Below, one piece after another: positions 1-8,769 of a stretch of 64,000 bases of DNA. Within the stretch, counting starts at the first letter, position 1, and each line of letters begins with the position of its first letter. Under the pieces are notes generated by a model, which saw only the letters and a program-made list of their open reading frames with translations, had not been told where the DNA came from and ran no database searches. The position numbers and the translations under genes are program-made. Source of the stretch: Candidatus Latescibacterota bacterium (lineage in GTDB: Bacteria > Latescibacterota > UBA2968 > UBA8231); NCBI GenBank assembly GCA_965203355.1, contig OZ241889.1, forward strand, positions 160,001 through 224,000, in the 5' to 3' direction.

Positions 1-1006
1 CGACCGGTCCTTGGAGGAAGTCGTAGCCCACGGCCGGCGGGGCCAGTCCAAAAGGTACGTAGTTCGCGTCGTCGTTGATCGAGTTGTACACGTAGCCGAG
101 ACTTAAATCGACATCGGCTCCGGCAAAATCGTCGCCGTAGCTGCCCAAATCCGGATCGGCCCACTGGGCGAAGTACATATCTTCAATGCGGGCCGTATCC
201 GGAGTAGCGCTGGTGCCTTTGTAAACGACCGTGAACTTCTTAAAAATCACATCGCCTAGCGCGTCCGTGCGGGCGTAGCCCCAAAGCAGCACTTGGACTT
301 CAAGACCAACGGGCTTGGAGCCGTACAGGGATTGCGCCGCCCCTACATCGAGGTCGTTAATCACAAACCAAGCCACTTGGTCGGCCCCGGCCACGCCCGG
401 CTCGTCCGCGTCTGGATTGTACTCGCCGTCCCCGTCGTTGTCGTAATAGGGCGCTCCTTTCTGATAGGGCCATTCGCGCCAATCCCGCTCGTACTGAGCG
501 CGGAGGGCCGCCACGTCGCTGTCGGTAACGGCACTCAGCCCAATCCCCAAGCTCTCAGCGGCGTCGAGCCGCAAGTCCGCCGTCCGGTAATCGCGGCGAA
601 TGCGGTAGATGCGGACGCTTGGATCGGCCGGATCTTCGGCCTCGCCTTTGGCGACGATGCGACCGGGCACGGTGCCTATCTCGTAGGTCTGGCCGCCGAC
701 GCGCAACTCCTGCGGGTCGCCATCCTTGACGATGCCGCCCCAGATCAGGCCATCCCGATAGATGACCTGAGCGGTTGAGCGCGGAAAGGTCACCCCGGAA
801 CTGGAAGTGAGTGGGTTGTACCCAGAGGATCCGTTTCGCTCAAACCACATGGCCATGTTGTTGATGTTGAGCAAGGCGCGCTGGCCGAAATCGTTTTCCT
901 GCGCGGTCTTGGCAGCGCGATGCGCGTTCGGTCCGCGGCTTTGGACCGGACCGGCTAGGCCGAGCAAAAGCCCAGTGGTCGCCAAATAGGTGACAAATTT
1001 TTTCAT
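1..1006 (-). CDS. Secreted protein of unknown function following a TonB-dependent receptor (3' end outside the window)
   Basis: Not in the ORF track because it runs off the edge. ATG at 1006 with a GGGAGG RBS; reads MKKFVTYLATTGLLLGLAGPVQSRGPNAHRAAKTAQENDFGQRALLNINNMAMWFERNG... with no stop to position 1. Signal peptide and a DNDGDG Ca-loop motif. Confidence 0.8.
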   Translation of the reverse strand, partial: MKKFVTYLATTGLLLGLAGPVQSRGPNAHRAAKTAQENDFGQRALLNINNMAMWFERNGSSGYNPLTSSSGVTFPRSTAQVIYRDGLIWGGIVKDGDPQELRVGGQTYEIGTVPGRIVAKGEAEDPADPSVRIYRIRRDYRTADLRLDAAESLGIGLSAVTDSDVAALRAQYERDWREWPYQKGAPYYDNDGDGEYNPDADEPGVAGADQVAWFVINDLDVGAAQSLYGSKPVGLEVQVLLWGYARTDALGDVIFKKFTVVYKGTSATPDTARIEDMYFAQWADPDLGSYGDDFAGADVDLSLGYVYNSINDDANYVPFGLAPPAVGYDFLQGPV

Positions 1007-1021
1007 AACGTTTTCCTCCCT

Positions 1022-4000
1022 TTACAGGCCCAGTTTGATCCCAAAGCGGATTTGACGCGGCGAGCCAAAAATGTCACCGCCTTCGTTGAACCAATAGTGC
1101 TGTCGGTTGGCCAAGTTGATGGCCTCGTATAACTGCTGGTACGTCAAACCGGCACTGGCCGCAACAATTTGGCTGCTCAGATCGGGATTGGTGAGGAAGC
1201 CGTCGTCTTCGGCGCTGCCAGTGCGGCTGTACACGTTAATCACGTTTTTGCGGTTGAACAGGTTGTAGACATAGAGGTAGATCTGGGCGTCGGCACCAAA
1301 CAGACCGAAGCCTTTATCTATTTTCATGTCAACTTCAAAAGTGTAAGGCGTCGAAGAGGCATTGATGCTTTCGGCTGGCTTGCGCGAGCGCGGGTCGTCG
1401 TTGGCGAGGATGCCGCCGTCTTCCGGGCCGCGCTGGCCGATGGACCCGCCCGACAAGGTGAAATTGTGGCCGCTGCTAAAACTCAACAGCAGGTTGGCCC
1501 CCAAGTTTTCGAGGATCGGCCCGCCGTCGTTGTCGGCAAAGCGATAGTCGACAAAGATGTTGCCGCGATGCGTCTCGTTAAAGTCCAACGGCGAGATGAT
1601 GGTGGGCAGGTTGGTGTTGTTCTCGACCCCAGAAACGGCCGAATTGATCGATGAGCCGGTGCCGCGGGCATCCGACAGGGTGTAGTTAAGCTCGGTGCGC
1701 AACCGATTGATGCGGCGCAGCTTGAAGACGAACTCCAAACCCTTGGTCGCGGCAAAGTCGCCGTTTTGCAGGAAATTGTACGCGCTGGCGTTTTGGGCCG
1801 CGGTCGAAATGTTTTGGCGCTGTAGCTGTAACTGGCCCTTCACGTCGCGGTAGAAGCCGGTGATGTCGAAGGAAGCCACGTCGGTAAATTGGCGCTCAAA
1901 GCCGATTTCGTACTGGGTGGTGCGGATCGGCTCAATGTCAAAGGCCGTGGGGATGCGGATAAAGTTCTGACCGCCCAACTCCAGGGCCAACCGCGCCCCG
2001 CCAGTAAACATCGAACGCATGGCCGGCATCTGCACAAAGCGGCCGTACTGCACGTGAAAGACCGTTAAGTCCGACACCGGGAACGAAAACCCGAGCCGCG
2101 GGCTAAGTTCGCTGAACGTGCGCGTCTTTTCCATTGAGCCGAGATCAATGGTGAAGAGCGAATCGCTGCGCACGGGTGCCGCGGGCTCCCTGAAGCGAAA
2201 ACTATCGACGTCGAAGTAATCCCAGCGCAGCCCGGCGTTCACGATGAGATCATTGTATTCGATCTTGTCCTGAATAAAGGCCGACGCTAGCACTGGATTG
2301 CGCGGAGCCTCCAGCCCGCGGCCTGCATCCTTGCGCCCAAAGGCGTCGAAGCCGAAGAAATCGGCCCGGCTGGTGTTGCGGATCATGGTGGCGAAATCAT
2401 CCAGACTGCCATCCCCATCGTCCAACGTCTCGGCCTTGTCAATCAGCGCGTCCATCAAGTCGGCGGCGGCAATCTCCCCGGCGTAGTACCGATCGTACAC
2501 TGAGTCCAGCTCGGGATACGTGTTTCTAATGGCGTTGCGGATCGAGTTCAGGGCGATGCCAAAGCGCCGCGAGGTCCAGCGCTGGACGTCAAAGCCCAGC
2601 TTGTACTCATGCACATCGGTCTGGCGGGTCAGGCTACCGCCAACGCCGTAGTAGCGATCCTCCTCCTCGGCGTAAAGGCTGGACCGAGACGTGCCGTCTA
2701 CCGGCCATACCGGCGTACCCGGGCGGGCAAAGGGAAAGCCGTTCAAGTCGTAGTTGCGCGGTGCCACGCCTTGGGCGGAATACGGCGTGAAATCGGGGGA
2801 GGCTTGAGCCACGGCCAAGCTGTCGTTATAGAGCATGAAGTTGTCTCTAAAAACCGGGTCGAAGGTATCGCGACTTTGGTTGTAAAGACTGACGTTCACC
2901 TCGTAGAACATTTTGGGGCTGAGCAAGTGGGTGCCCTTGATATTGAGCAAGCCCGACACCCGCTCCCTTTCGGGCAGCCGCGCCGTATTGAGCATGTTGC
3001 GAACGGGCGTGGGATTGAGTTCCTGATCCTCGATGGAATAGAGGCCGGTGAGGCGCAGTTGGAAGGGCAGCATATCGAATAGCAGAGTGCCGTTGAAATT
3101 GAGCTGCTCGCGGCCAGTATGGTCGATATTGCCCGGCCGCAGATTCAGATCCACGGTATCGGGTATGGCATTGCCGTCGGCGTCCTCGCGCCAGTGGATT
3201 CGGCCGCCGCGGTCGCCGGAATCGACCAAGTCGTCAAACTGGAAGCCCTCCCAATAGGAAGGCTGGAAATCCCGCACCCAGCGCTGCCCGGCGAGAAACG
3301 CCCGCACGTTCTTGAGGCCCACCACCGGACCGCTCAAGGTGACGACCTGGGTAGAATAACCATAGGAATAGGTGCCAAAGCGCTGTTCATACGGGGAAGT
3401 GAAATTATCCGTCTCGCTCAGCACCCCGATCTGCCACGCTGGCGTGCCCGTGCGCAACTCTTGGAGAATGATGCCAGCATTGGCCCCGCCGTACTCGGCG
3501 TTGAAGCCGCCGGCTTGTAGCTGAACTTCCTCGAGCGCCTCGTCAATTAGGCCCACAGCACTGCTGCCGGTGATTGGATTGCGGACGCTAGCCCCATCGA
3601 CGTAGTAGCCAATCTCGTCGGAGCGCGAGCCGCGCACGTGCAACGCGCCTTCGTCCAAAACCACGCCCGGCTGTATGTCGATGACGCCGTTGACCCCTCT
3701 AAACGGCAGGATCTCTAGGTCCTCAGCCCCGACGATGCGCACCGCATTGGTGGCGGTTTTGTCGATAATTGGCCGCTCGGCGCGAATTACCACCTCCTCG
3801 ACTTGGATATCCGAAGAAGTCAGGTCGATGTTGAGATTCGTGGTTAGGTTGGCGGAAACCCGCACATCCTCAATGGTATAATCCGCGTAGCCGATATACG
3901 TGGCCTTGAGGGTGTAGGCACCCGCTGGCACGTTGAGAATAAAAAAGCGGCCCTTTTCGTCCGCCGTCGTCCCTAGCTTGGTATCTACCACCGCGATATT

Positions 4001-4147
4001 GGCATGGGGTAGCCCATCGCCGGTGGCGGCATCCTGGACGACACCGGCGATCTTACCGCCCGTACTGGCCTCGGCCGGAGCCAAGCTCAGCGCGAGCAGG
4101 ACGCCCAGTGCGGTCAGAGTGCGAAAAACGCCTGTGAACTTGGTCAT
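1022..4147 (-). CDS. TonB-dependent receptor with N-terminal carboxypeptidase-regulatory-like domain
   Basis: Start moved to ATG 4147 (MTKFTG) behind AAGGAGG. Signal peptide, GKIAGVVQDAATGDGLP domain, plug motifs HVRGSRSDEIGYYVDG and GGFNAEYG, C-terminal RQIRFGIKLGL beta-strand. Confidence 0.92.
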   Translation of the reverse strand: MTKFTGVFRTLTALGVLLALSLAPAEASTGGKIAGVVQDAATGDGLPHANIAVVDTKLGTTADEKGRFFILNVPAGAYTLKATYIGYADYTIEDVRVSANLTTNLNIDLTSSDIQVEEVVIRAERPIIDKTATNAVRIVGAEDLEILPFRGVNGVIDIQPGVVLDEGALHVRGSRSDEIGYYVDGASVRNPITGSSAVGLIDEALEEVQLQAGGFNAEYGGANAGIILQELRTGTPAWQIGVLSETDNFTSPYEQRFGTYSYGYSTQVVTLSGPVVGLKNVRAFLAGQRWVRDFQPSYWEGFQFDDLVDSGDRGGRIHWREDADGNAIPDTVDLNLRPGNIDHTGREQLNFNGTLLFDMLPFQLRLTGLYSIEDQELNPTPVRNMLNTARLPERERVSGLLNIKGTHLLSPKMFYEVNVSLYNQSRDTFDPVFRDNFMLYNDSLAVAQASPDFTPYSAQGVAPRNYDLNGFPFARPGTPVWPVDGTSRSSLYAEEEDRYYGVGGSLTRQTDVHEYKLGFDVQRWTSRRFGIALNSIRNAIRNTYPELDSVYDRYYAGEIAAADLMDALIDKAETLDDGDGSLDDFATMIRNTSRADFFGFDAFGRKDAGRGLEAPRNPVLASAFIQDKIEYNDLIVNAGLRWDYFDVDSFRFREPAAPVRSDSLFTIDLGSMEKTRTFSELSPRLGFSFPVSDLTVFHVQYGRFVQMPAMRSMFTGGARLALELGGQNFIRIPTAFDIEPIRTTQYEIGFERQFTDVASFDITGFYRDVKGQLQLQRQNISTAAQNASAYNFLQNGDFAATKGLEFVFKLRRINRLRTELNYTLSDARGTGSSINSAVSGVENNTNLPTIISPLDFNETHRGNIFVDYRFADNDGGPILENLGANLLLSFSSGHNFTLSGGSIGQRGPEDGGILANDDPRSRKPAESINASSTPYTFEVDMKIDKGFGLFGADAQIYLYVYNLFNRKNVINVYSRTGSAEDDGFLTNPDLSSQIVAASAGLTYQQLYEAINLANRQHYWFNEGGDIFGSPRQIRFGIKLGL

Positions 4148-4185
4148 ATATCCCTCCTTTGGTAGGACACTCAATAAAGACTCTT

Positions 4186-4899
4186 TCACATCAAATGCAA
4201 CCAGTCTTCCAAGAGAAAAGTCACGCGCCCGATCAACAGCGAAACTCTCGCCATAATGGTGTAACCAAACGACGCCCCAAACGAGACCATCAAAAACCAT
4301 ATCCCCACCTTGGAGACATGGCCGGCCGCGCCAGTGTGCTCGACGGAAAAGAAAAAATAAACCAACACCCCTATTACCCCTACTAGGACGATCAGCAAAT
4401 TAAGCCCCTCCCAGCTCCAAGTCAGTGGTTGTAATGTAGGCTCAATTTGGGCTAAAATAAAAGAAGAAACATAGCGGGGAATCGTCAGGCCGGCCCCCAG
4501 CCCCACAAAAAATGCAAAAGCATAGCGGCTAAGCCAACCAAAGCGCAGCGAAAAGCGCGTCAACATCAACAGCCCGAGTATCGTCGGGGCCAACAACCAC
4601 CAGTTGGGCGTCTCCCCTTCCCCCAGATCGGTCCATTCGGCGATGAGTTCGCCGTAGATCGTCGGATACCAATTCTGGCCGAATATGTAGGCCGCGGCCA
4701 CGCCGACGAAAACGTGTTCGGCAAACTTGAAAAGCGGGTTGTCCTTGTAGAGGAAGCTATAGAGTGCCAAGGTCATGCCTGCCGCGACAATAACGCCCAA
4801 ACCCGTCCAATCCGCCGCCAAGATCCCACTCGCCACCAAGCCGATATTGACCGCGGCAAACAGCAGGAGCAAACCCAAAAAGACATACGTATCGCGCAT
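4186..4899 (-). CDS. Uncharacterised polytopic inner-membrane protein (about 7 TM)
   Basis: 237-aa hydrophobic ORF with a GGAG RBS, 3 bp from the upstream gene's stop. Confidence 0.85.
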   Translation of the reverse strand: MRDTYVFLGLLLLFAAVNIGLVASGILAADWTGLGVIVAAGMTLALYSFLYKDNPLFKFAEHVFVGVAAAYIFGQNWYPTIYGELIAEWTDLGEGETPNWWLLAPTILGLLMLTRFSLRFGWLSRYAFAFFVGLGAGLTIPRYVSSFILAQIEPTLQPLTWSWEGLNLLIVLVGVIGVLVYFFFSVEHTGAAGHVSKVGIWFLMVSFGASFGYTIMARVSLLIGRVTFLLEDWLHLM

Positions 4900-4902
4900 G
4901 GC

Positions 4903-5733
4903 TTAACTCTCCTGCTGCGCTCGGCCCCGCCGAGCAGCGAAATACGCGATATTGCCAAAAATCACGAAGGCGATGATGATCAAATGGGTCGCCGACTGGG
5001 CACTCATGCCCTTGCTGGCACTGCCGCGAAGCCCAATCAAGGTTTCGTATTCGGCGGCACCGGCTAGGCCACCGAGTAGGCCGCGGAGTTGTCCCGAGTC
5101 GAGAAAGGGGTAGAGATCGGGCGCCATCACGGCGGTGCAGCCGGCCGCAAAGGGAAAGCCGTATTTCTCCTGCCCGTAGGGGATCCACCAAAACTCAATC
5201 GAATCCCCGGCGGCTAAATCAAAGACGAGGGCAAAATCGCGTAGCGAGCGCAAACCCCGCGTCAATTCCAAATCGCCGACACTTGCGCCCCAATTGTCCT
5301 GCGGGAAGGTGCCGTGGAAGTCCTGCCCCATGTTGAGGATGACGCTGAACCCCCCGACCTTGTAGCCCATGAAGGCGTAATCCACCCCGTACTCCAAATC
5401 GAATTCGGCCGCCAGTTCCTCCAGCACCTGTTGGGCCAGCCCCGCGGCATCGGGCCACAGGCAGATGGCGATCACCTTGAGGTCGCGGCGAAAGGCGTGG
5501 CGCAAAACCGAACGCGCCATGGGCTGCATCTCAGGATATGTGCTAGCGCCGTAGGAGAAGGAAACCAGCACAATGTCCCCCGCGTCGAGCTTTTCGACTT
5601 GGTCGTATGCGGCTTTTACTTCGCCCGTCGGCGTAATCGGCAGATAAATCCCGGCCAACAACGGCCCGGCTACGCCCACAAAAACTAGGGCGAAAATGAT
5701 GCGGCGGTCGATAGCGAGTAGCTTGTGCATCAC
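4903..5733 (-). CDS. Uncharacterised membrane-anchored alpha/beta protein (N- and C-terminal TM)
   Basis: 276 aa; start overlaps the upstream stop; TM at both ends; GLLGGLAGAAEYE motif. Confidence 0.85.
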   Translation of the reverse strand: MMHKLLAIDRRIIFALVFVGVAGPLLAGIYLPITPTGEVKAAYDQVEKLDAGDIVLVSFSYGASTYPEMQPMARSVLRHAFRRDLKVIAICLWPDAAGLAQQVLEELAAEFDLEYGVDYAFMGYKVGGFSVILNMGQDFHGTFPQDNWGASVGDLELTRGLRSLRDFALVFDLAAGDSIEFWWIPYGQEKYGFPFAAGCTAVMAPDLYPFLDSGQLRGLLGGLAGAAEYETLIGLRGSASKGMSAQSATHLIIIAFVIFGNIAYFAARRGRAQQES

Positions 5734-6389
5734 TCGGAGCCTCCGCCCAAATACGAGCGTTCAATCCCAAAGATGATACGCAGCGAGGTCGCAATGGCCC
5801 CTAGAGACACCCCGAGCAGGACGCCGCGTTTAGCCGCCAAGTTGGGCACGTTCAGCAGCCAATCGCTTACCAGCGGAAAAAACTCGGAGATCTCGCGGCC
5901 AATGGGTACGCGGCCCAGCATGACGATCACGGCCGCGACCAACAACAGCGCGGCCTCGGGCGTACGGGCGCGAAAGGTCCGGTACGCCGCCGAAGCGATA
6001 AAGAAGGCCAAAATCGAGAACATAGTACTCGAACAAGGCCGATGGACGTACAGGAAGAGCCAATTGTAGCCCCCGGCTTTGGCTTGGGCGGCAAACGGGC
6101 CATGTCCATCGTTGTAGATAACGAAGACCATCATCACCACAAAACTGGCGATGGCAACGAAGCTGTAGCCCCAACCGATGGCCTGCTGCCGGATGCGCTG
6201 CCAGTGCAAGTTAAGCAGGCTGTACAGCCCGAGCAGGTAGGAAAACGCAAAAATAATCCGCACCCATTTTCCCCCGACCTCTTGCTCAAAGCCTTGGGCA
6301 TAGCCGTGTGGTATGTAGTAAATGGCAATGCCCAGCAAGCCAAAGACTAAGGCGATGGCCAGCGGTAAGGTCCGACTAAGAAACAGCAT
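5730..6389 (-). CDS. Uncharacterised polytopic inner-membrane protein (about 6 TM)
   Basis: 219 aa, GAGGAGG RBS, hydrophobic segments, motifs FFIASAAYRTFRAR and LRIIFGIERSYLG. Confidence 0.85.
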   Translation of the reverse strand: MLFLSRTLPLAIALVFGLLGIAIYYIPHGYAQGFEQEVGGKWVRIIFAFSYLLGLYSLLNLHWQRIRQQAIGWGYSFVAIASFVVMMVFVIYNDGHGPFAAQAKAGGYNWLFLYVHRPCSSTMFSILAFFIASAAYRTFRARTPEAALLLVAAVIVMLGRVPIGREISEFFPLVSDWLLNVPNLAAKRGVLLGVSLGAIATSLRIIFGIERSYLGGGSE

Positions 6390-6398
6390 GGCCCCTCC

Positions 6399-7646
6399 TC
6401 AATAAGGAGTAAAGAAGTGAGTCAGGTGAGGCAACCGCAGCCCAACAGCCTCTAAAGTCGCCAACACAGTACCCAACACCAAAGCGACCAAAATCAGAGC
6501 CTTACCAGCGTCCTGGCCTTTGAGGCTGCCCAACATGCGCGGCTCGCCCGACAGATAAGCACTGGCTGCGTAGAGCTCCTCGCCGAGCAGGGTATAATCG
6601 CAGGTAGTGATAAAGAACGGCAACTGGGTAAAGGAATCGGTACCAGCGATCTGAATCGCCCCGGTCGTCGAACCCGTCTCGGCCAGCAGCAGCGACTCAG
6701 CATAGAAATATCCCATCATAATGTGAGCCGCCGGGCGGTCGCGGACCATGATGCCCTCGACTGCTGCCGCATAGCTAAACTGCTCGGTGCCGGCGATGAA
6801 AACATGATCGGGATTGAAGGCGTCAGGCCGCCCCGCCTCCACATACGAGGCTTTGACCGTCTCCTGACTTACCGACATAACCACCGGATCCGGGGCCACC
6901 ACCCGCAGCGCGGTGTCGTATTCGGCCGTGCGCCGGGCGACCCGCCCCAAAATATTGACCGCGGCAATGGTCGATATGGAGTCCATGAAGCGCAAGCCGT
7001 GGATGAAAAGCACCGGCTTGCCCATCTCGGTCGCCCGCCCCAGTGCCTCGTCGAGTGCCTCTAGCCCGGCGATGCGGCGGATCTTGAGTTCGCGCCGCCG
7101 CGCAATACCAATATAGCCCATGATGAGCCCTGAAAACACGACGCACAACACCAGATTGTTGACTTTGGCGCGGTTAAAAAAATTGCCTTTGGACTCGGCA
7201 TTGACGATCACTTTGCCGCGGACCGCGCCCCCAGCCGACCGCACATCAATGTGAAAGTAATACGTCTTGCCGTCTTCTAATGGCGTTTTGCCGCCCGCGT
7301 CAGCGAATTCCTCGACGTTGACATAGTGGTAATTCCCCAGCTCGGCCCCGTGCCCAAAGAGCGCCGGTGCCTCGGACATCAAGTTCCCCGTGGGCGCAAC
7401 TTCAGCCACGACGCGAAAAGGTCCGCTGGGCGAATCGGCGATGGCGACCTGATACATCGCATTGTCGCTGATCCGGGGATCGCGCGACCAAGTTAGCGTA
7501 ATGCTGCCCCCGTCGTCGTTGGGCGTGTCGAAGGCTTGTATCTCGATCGGCGGCATGGAGTGCGCCAGCCCTTGTGCCCCGTTCTCTGCCGCGCTCGCCA
7601 ACGGCCAAGCCAAGACGAATGCAGATAGCCAGTTTTTTGCTCTCAT
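6399..7646 (-). CDS. Fibronectin-III-like plus DUF6754-type membrane protein
   Basis: Start ATG 7646 (MRAKNW) after GAGGA. Signal peptide, FN3-like DTPNDDGGSITLTW domain, TM, IRRIAGLEALDEALGRATEMGKPV...TCDYTLLGEELYAASAYL region recalled as DUF6754, C-terminal TM. Confidence 0.8.
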   Translation of the reverse strand: MRAKNWLSAFVLAWPLASAAENGAQGLAHSMPPIEIQAFDTPNDDGGSITLTWSRDPRISDNAMYQVAIADSPSGPFRVVAEVAPTGNLMSEAPALFGHGAELGNYHYVNVEEFADAGGKTPLEDGKTYYFHIDVRSAGGAVRGKVIVNAESKGNFFNRAKVNNLVLCVVFSGLIMGYIGIARRRELKIRRIAGLEALDEALGRATEMGKPVLFIHGLRFMDSISTIAAVNILGRVARRTAEYDTALRVVAPDPVVMSVSQETVKASYVEAGRPDAFNPDHVFIAGTEQFSYAAAVEGIMVRDRPAAHIMMGYFYAESLLLAETGSTTGAIQIAGTDSFTQLPFFITTCDYTLLGEELYAASAYLSGEPRMLGSLKGQDAGKALILVALVLGTVLATLEAVGLRLPHLTHFFTPY

Positions 7647-7650
7647 GCCT

Positions 7651-8766
7651 TTATTCCTCAATCAGTTCCACATTTGCCCGCGGCACTACCGCCTGTTCTC
7701 CATCTTCAAACTCTACGGCCAATACCCGCACCCGCGCCCCAGACTCCACCGTACACAGCTCGGTCGGCAAGTCGCAGACGCGCCCAATCCGCCCAAAATA
7801 GGGCATCCGAATTACCCGCAACAAATCGCCCACCTGCAATCCTTTCGCGCCCGGTCGCACCTCTTCTGCCTCTTGGTCAGCGGCCGTGGGGACGATAATC
7901 TCCGGCCGCAACACGCCAGCGCGGATTTGAGTCGCACCGGCCATAGACGCATCCATGCCAGCGCAGGCCTGCAGAATATCAAATGTCTTGCGCGCCATGG
8001 CGACGCGGCCAAAGCCCTCGGTCGCTACTACCGTCAGGCCGATTTGCTCCGTCCCGGTGATAGCCACACCCAAATCGCGGCCAAGCAGGTCGCGCAAGTC
8101 GCTGTCGCGCAAACCGCCGCCGATCAACCCCACGGCACCTGCCTGCCGGGCCTGTTCCACAGTCTCCGCGCTAATCAGACTGCCTACCACGACAATTTTG
8201 CCTGCAACTTCCGGGCCCAGCGACTCGGCTGCGGTGTCAGGCGCCTCAACCGCCAAGTGCAGCGCACCCCAGCACTCCCCGCCCACGCCGAAAATGCCCT
8301 GGATGTAAGCACCTCGCGCTGCGACGCGCACACCTTCCTCGGCAAAAACTTCCTCGACAACCCCATCGACGTAAGCCAGCACTTCGACCGGCCTAGGAGC
8401 TTGCCGCAATATCACCTGACCCGTAACCGGCGAAATGCTCTCGACGGTGCCGCTGACCGGGGATTCAATCGTGGTCTTGAACCAGCGAATAAACGGCTTG
8501 GTCTCGGCGAGAGGCTCGCCAGCTTCGACCCGGTCGCCTTCCTTTTTGAGCATATAGCTAGCTAGATCTTGCGGCGAGGTGCCTAGGCGGTTGACCAAGT
8601 TGAGCGTCGCTACCTCGCCCGGCAATTCGGTGCGGGCCACGACTTGGTCGCGCCGCACCACTTGGTCTCGCTCAACGACCACTTCGCCTTTGAGGGGCAA
8701 ACGCCGCTCTTTGTGGATGATGGCGCGTTGCGTCACGCGCAGTCCAGGGGTATAAGCATGGGCCAT
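7651..8766 (-). CDS. Soluble protein with barrel-sandwich-hybrid (biotinyl/lipoyl-like) repeats, central alpha/beta domain and C-terminal KOW/SH3-like domain
   Basis: GEVVVERDQVVRRDQVVA and KKEGDRVEAGEPLAE...IESPVSGTVESI patterns; C-terminal LQVGDLLRVIRMPYFGRIGRV...VPRANVELIE. Confidence 0.8.
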   Translation of the reverse strand: MAHAYTPGLRVTQRAIIHKERRLPLKGEVVVERDQVVRRDQVVARTELPGEVATLNLVNRLGTSPQDLASYMLKKEGDRVEAGEPLAETKPFIRWFKTTIESPVSGTVESISPVTGQVILRQAPRPVEVLAYVDGVVEEVFAEEGVRVAARGAYIQGIFGVGGECWGALHLAVEAPDTAAESLGPEVAGKIVVVGSLISAETVEQARQAGAVGLIGGGLRDSDLRDLLGRDLGVAITGTEQIGLTVVATEGFGRVAMARKTFDILQACAGMDASMAGATQIRAGVLRPEIIVPTAADQEAEEVRPGAKGLQVGDLLRVIRMPYFGRIGRVCDLPTELCTVESGARVRVLAVEFEDGEQAVVPRANVELIEE

Positions 8767-8769
8767 GAG

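Noticed and set aside
4148-4300. Upstream extension of the TonB-dependent receptor ORF (and similar extensions of rimI, yebC, lolE and others)
   Set aside because: The extensions overlap upstream genes or intergenic signals; downstream starts have an RBS, stop-start coupling or family-typical N-termini.
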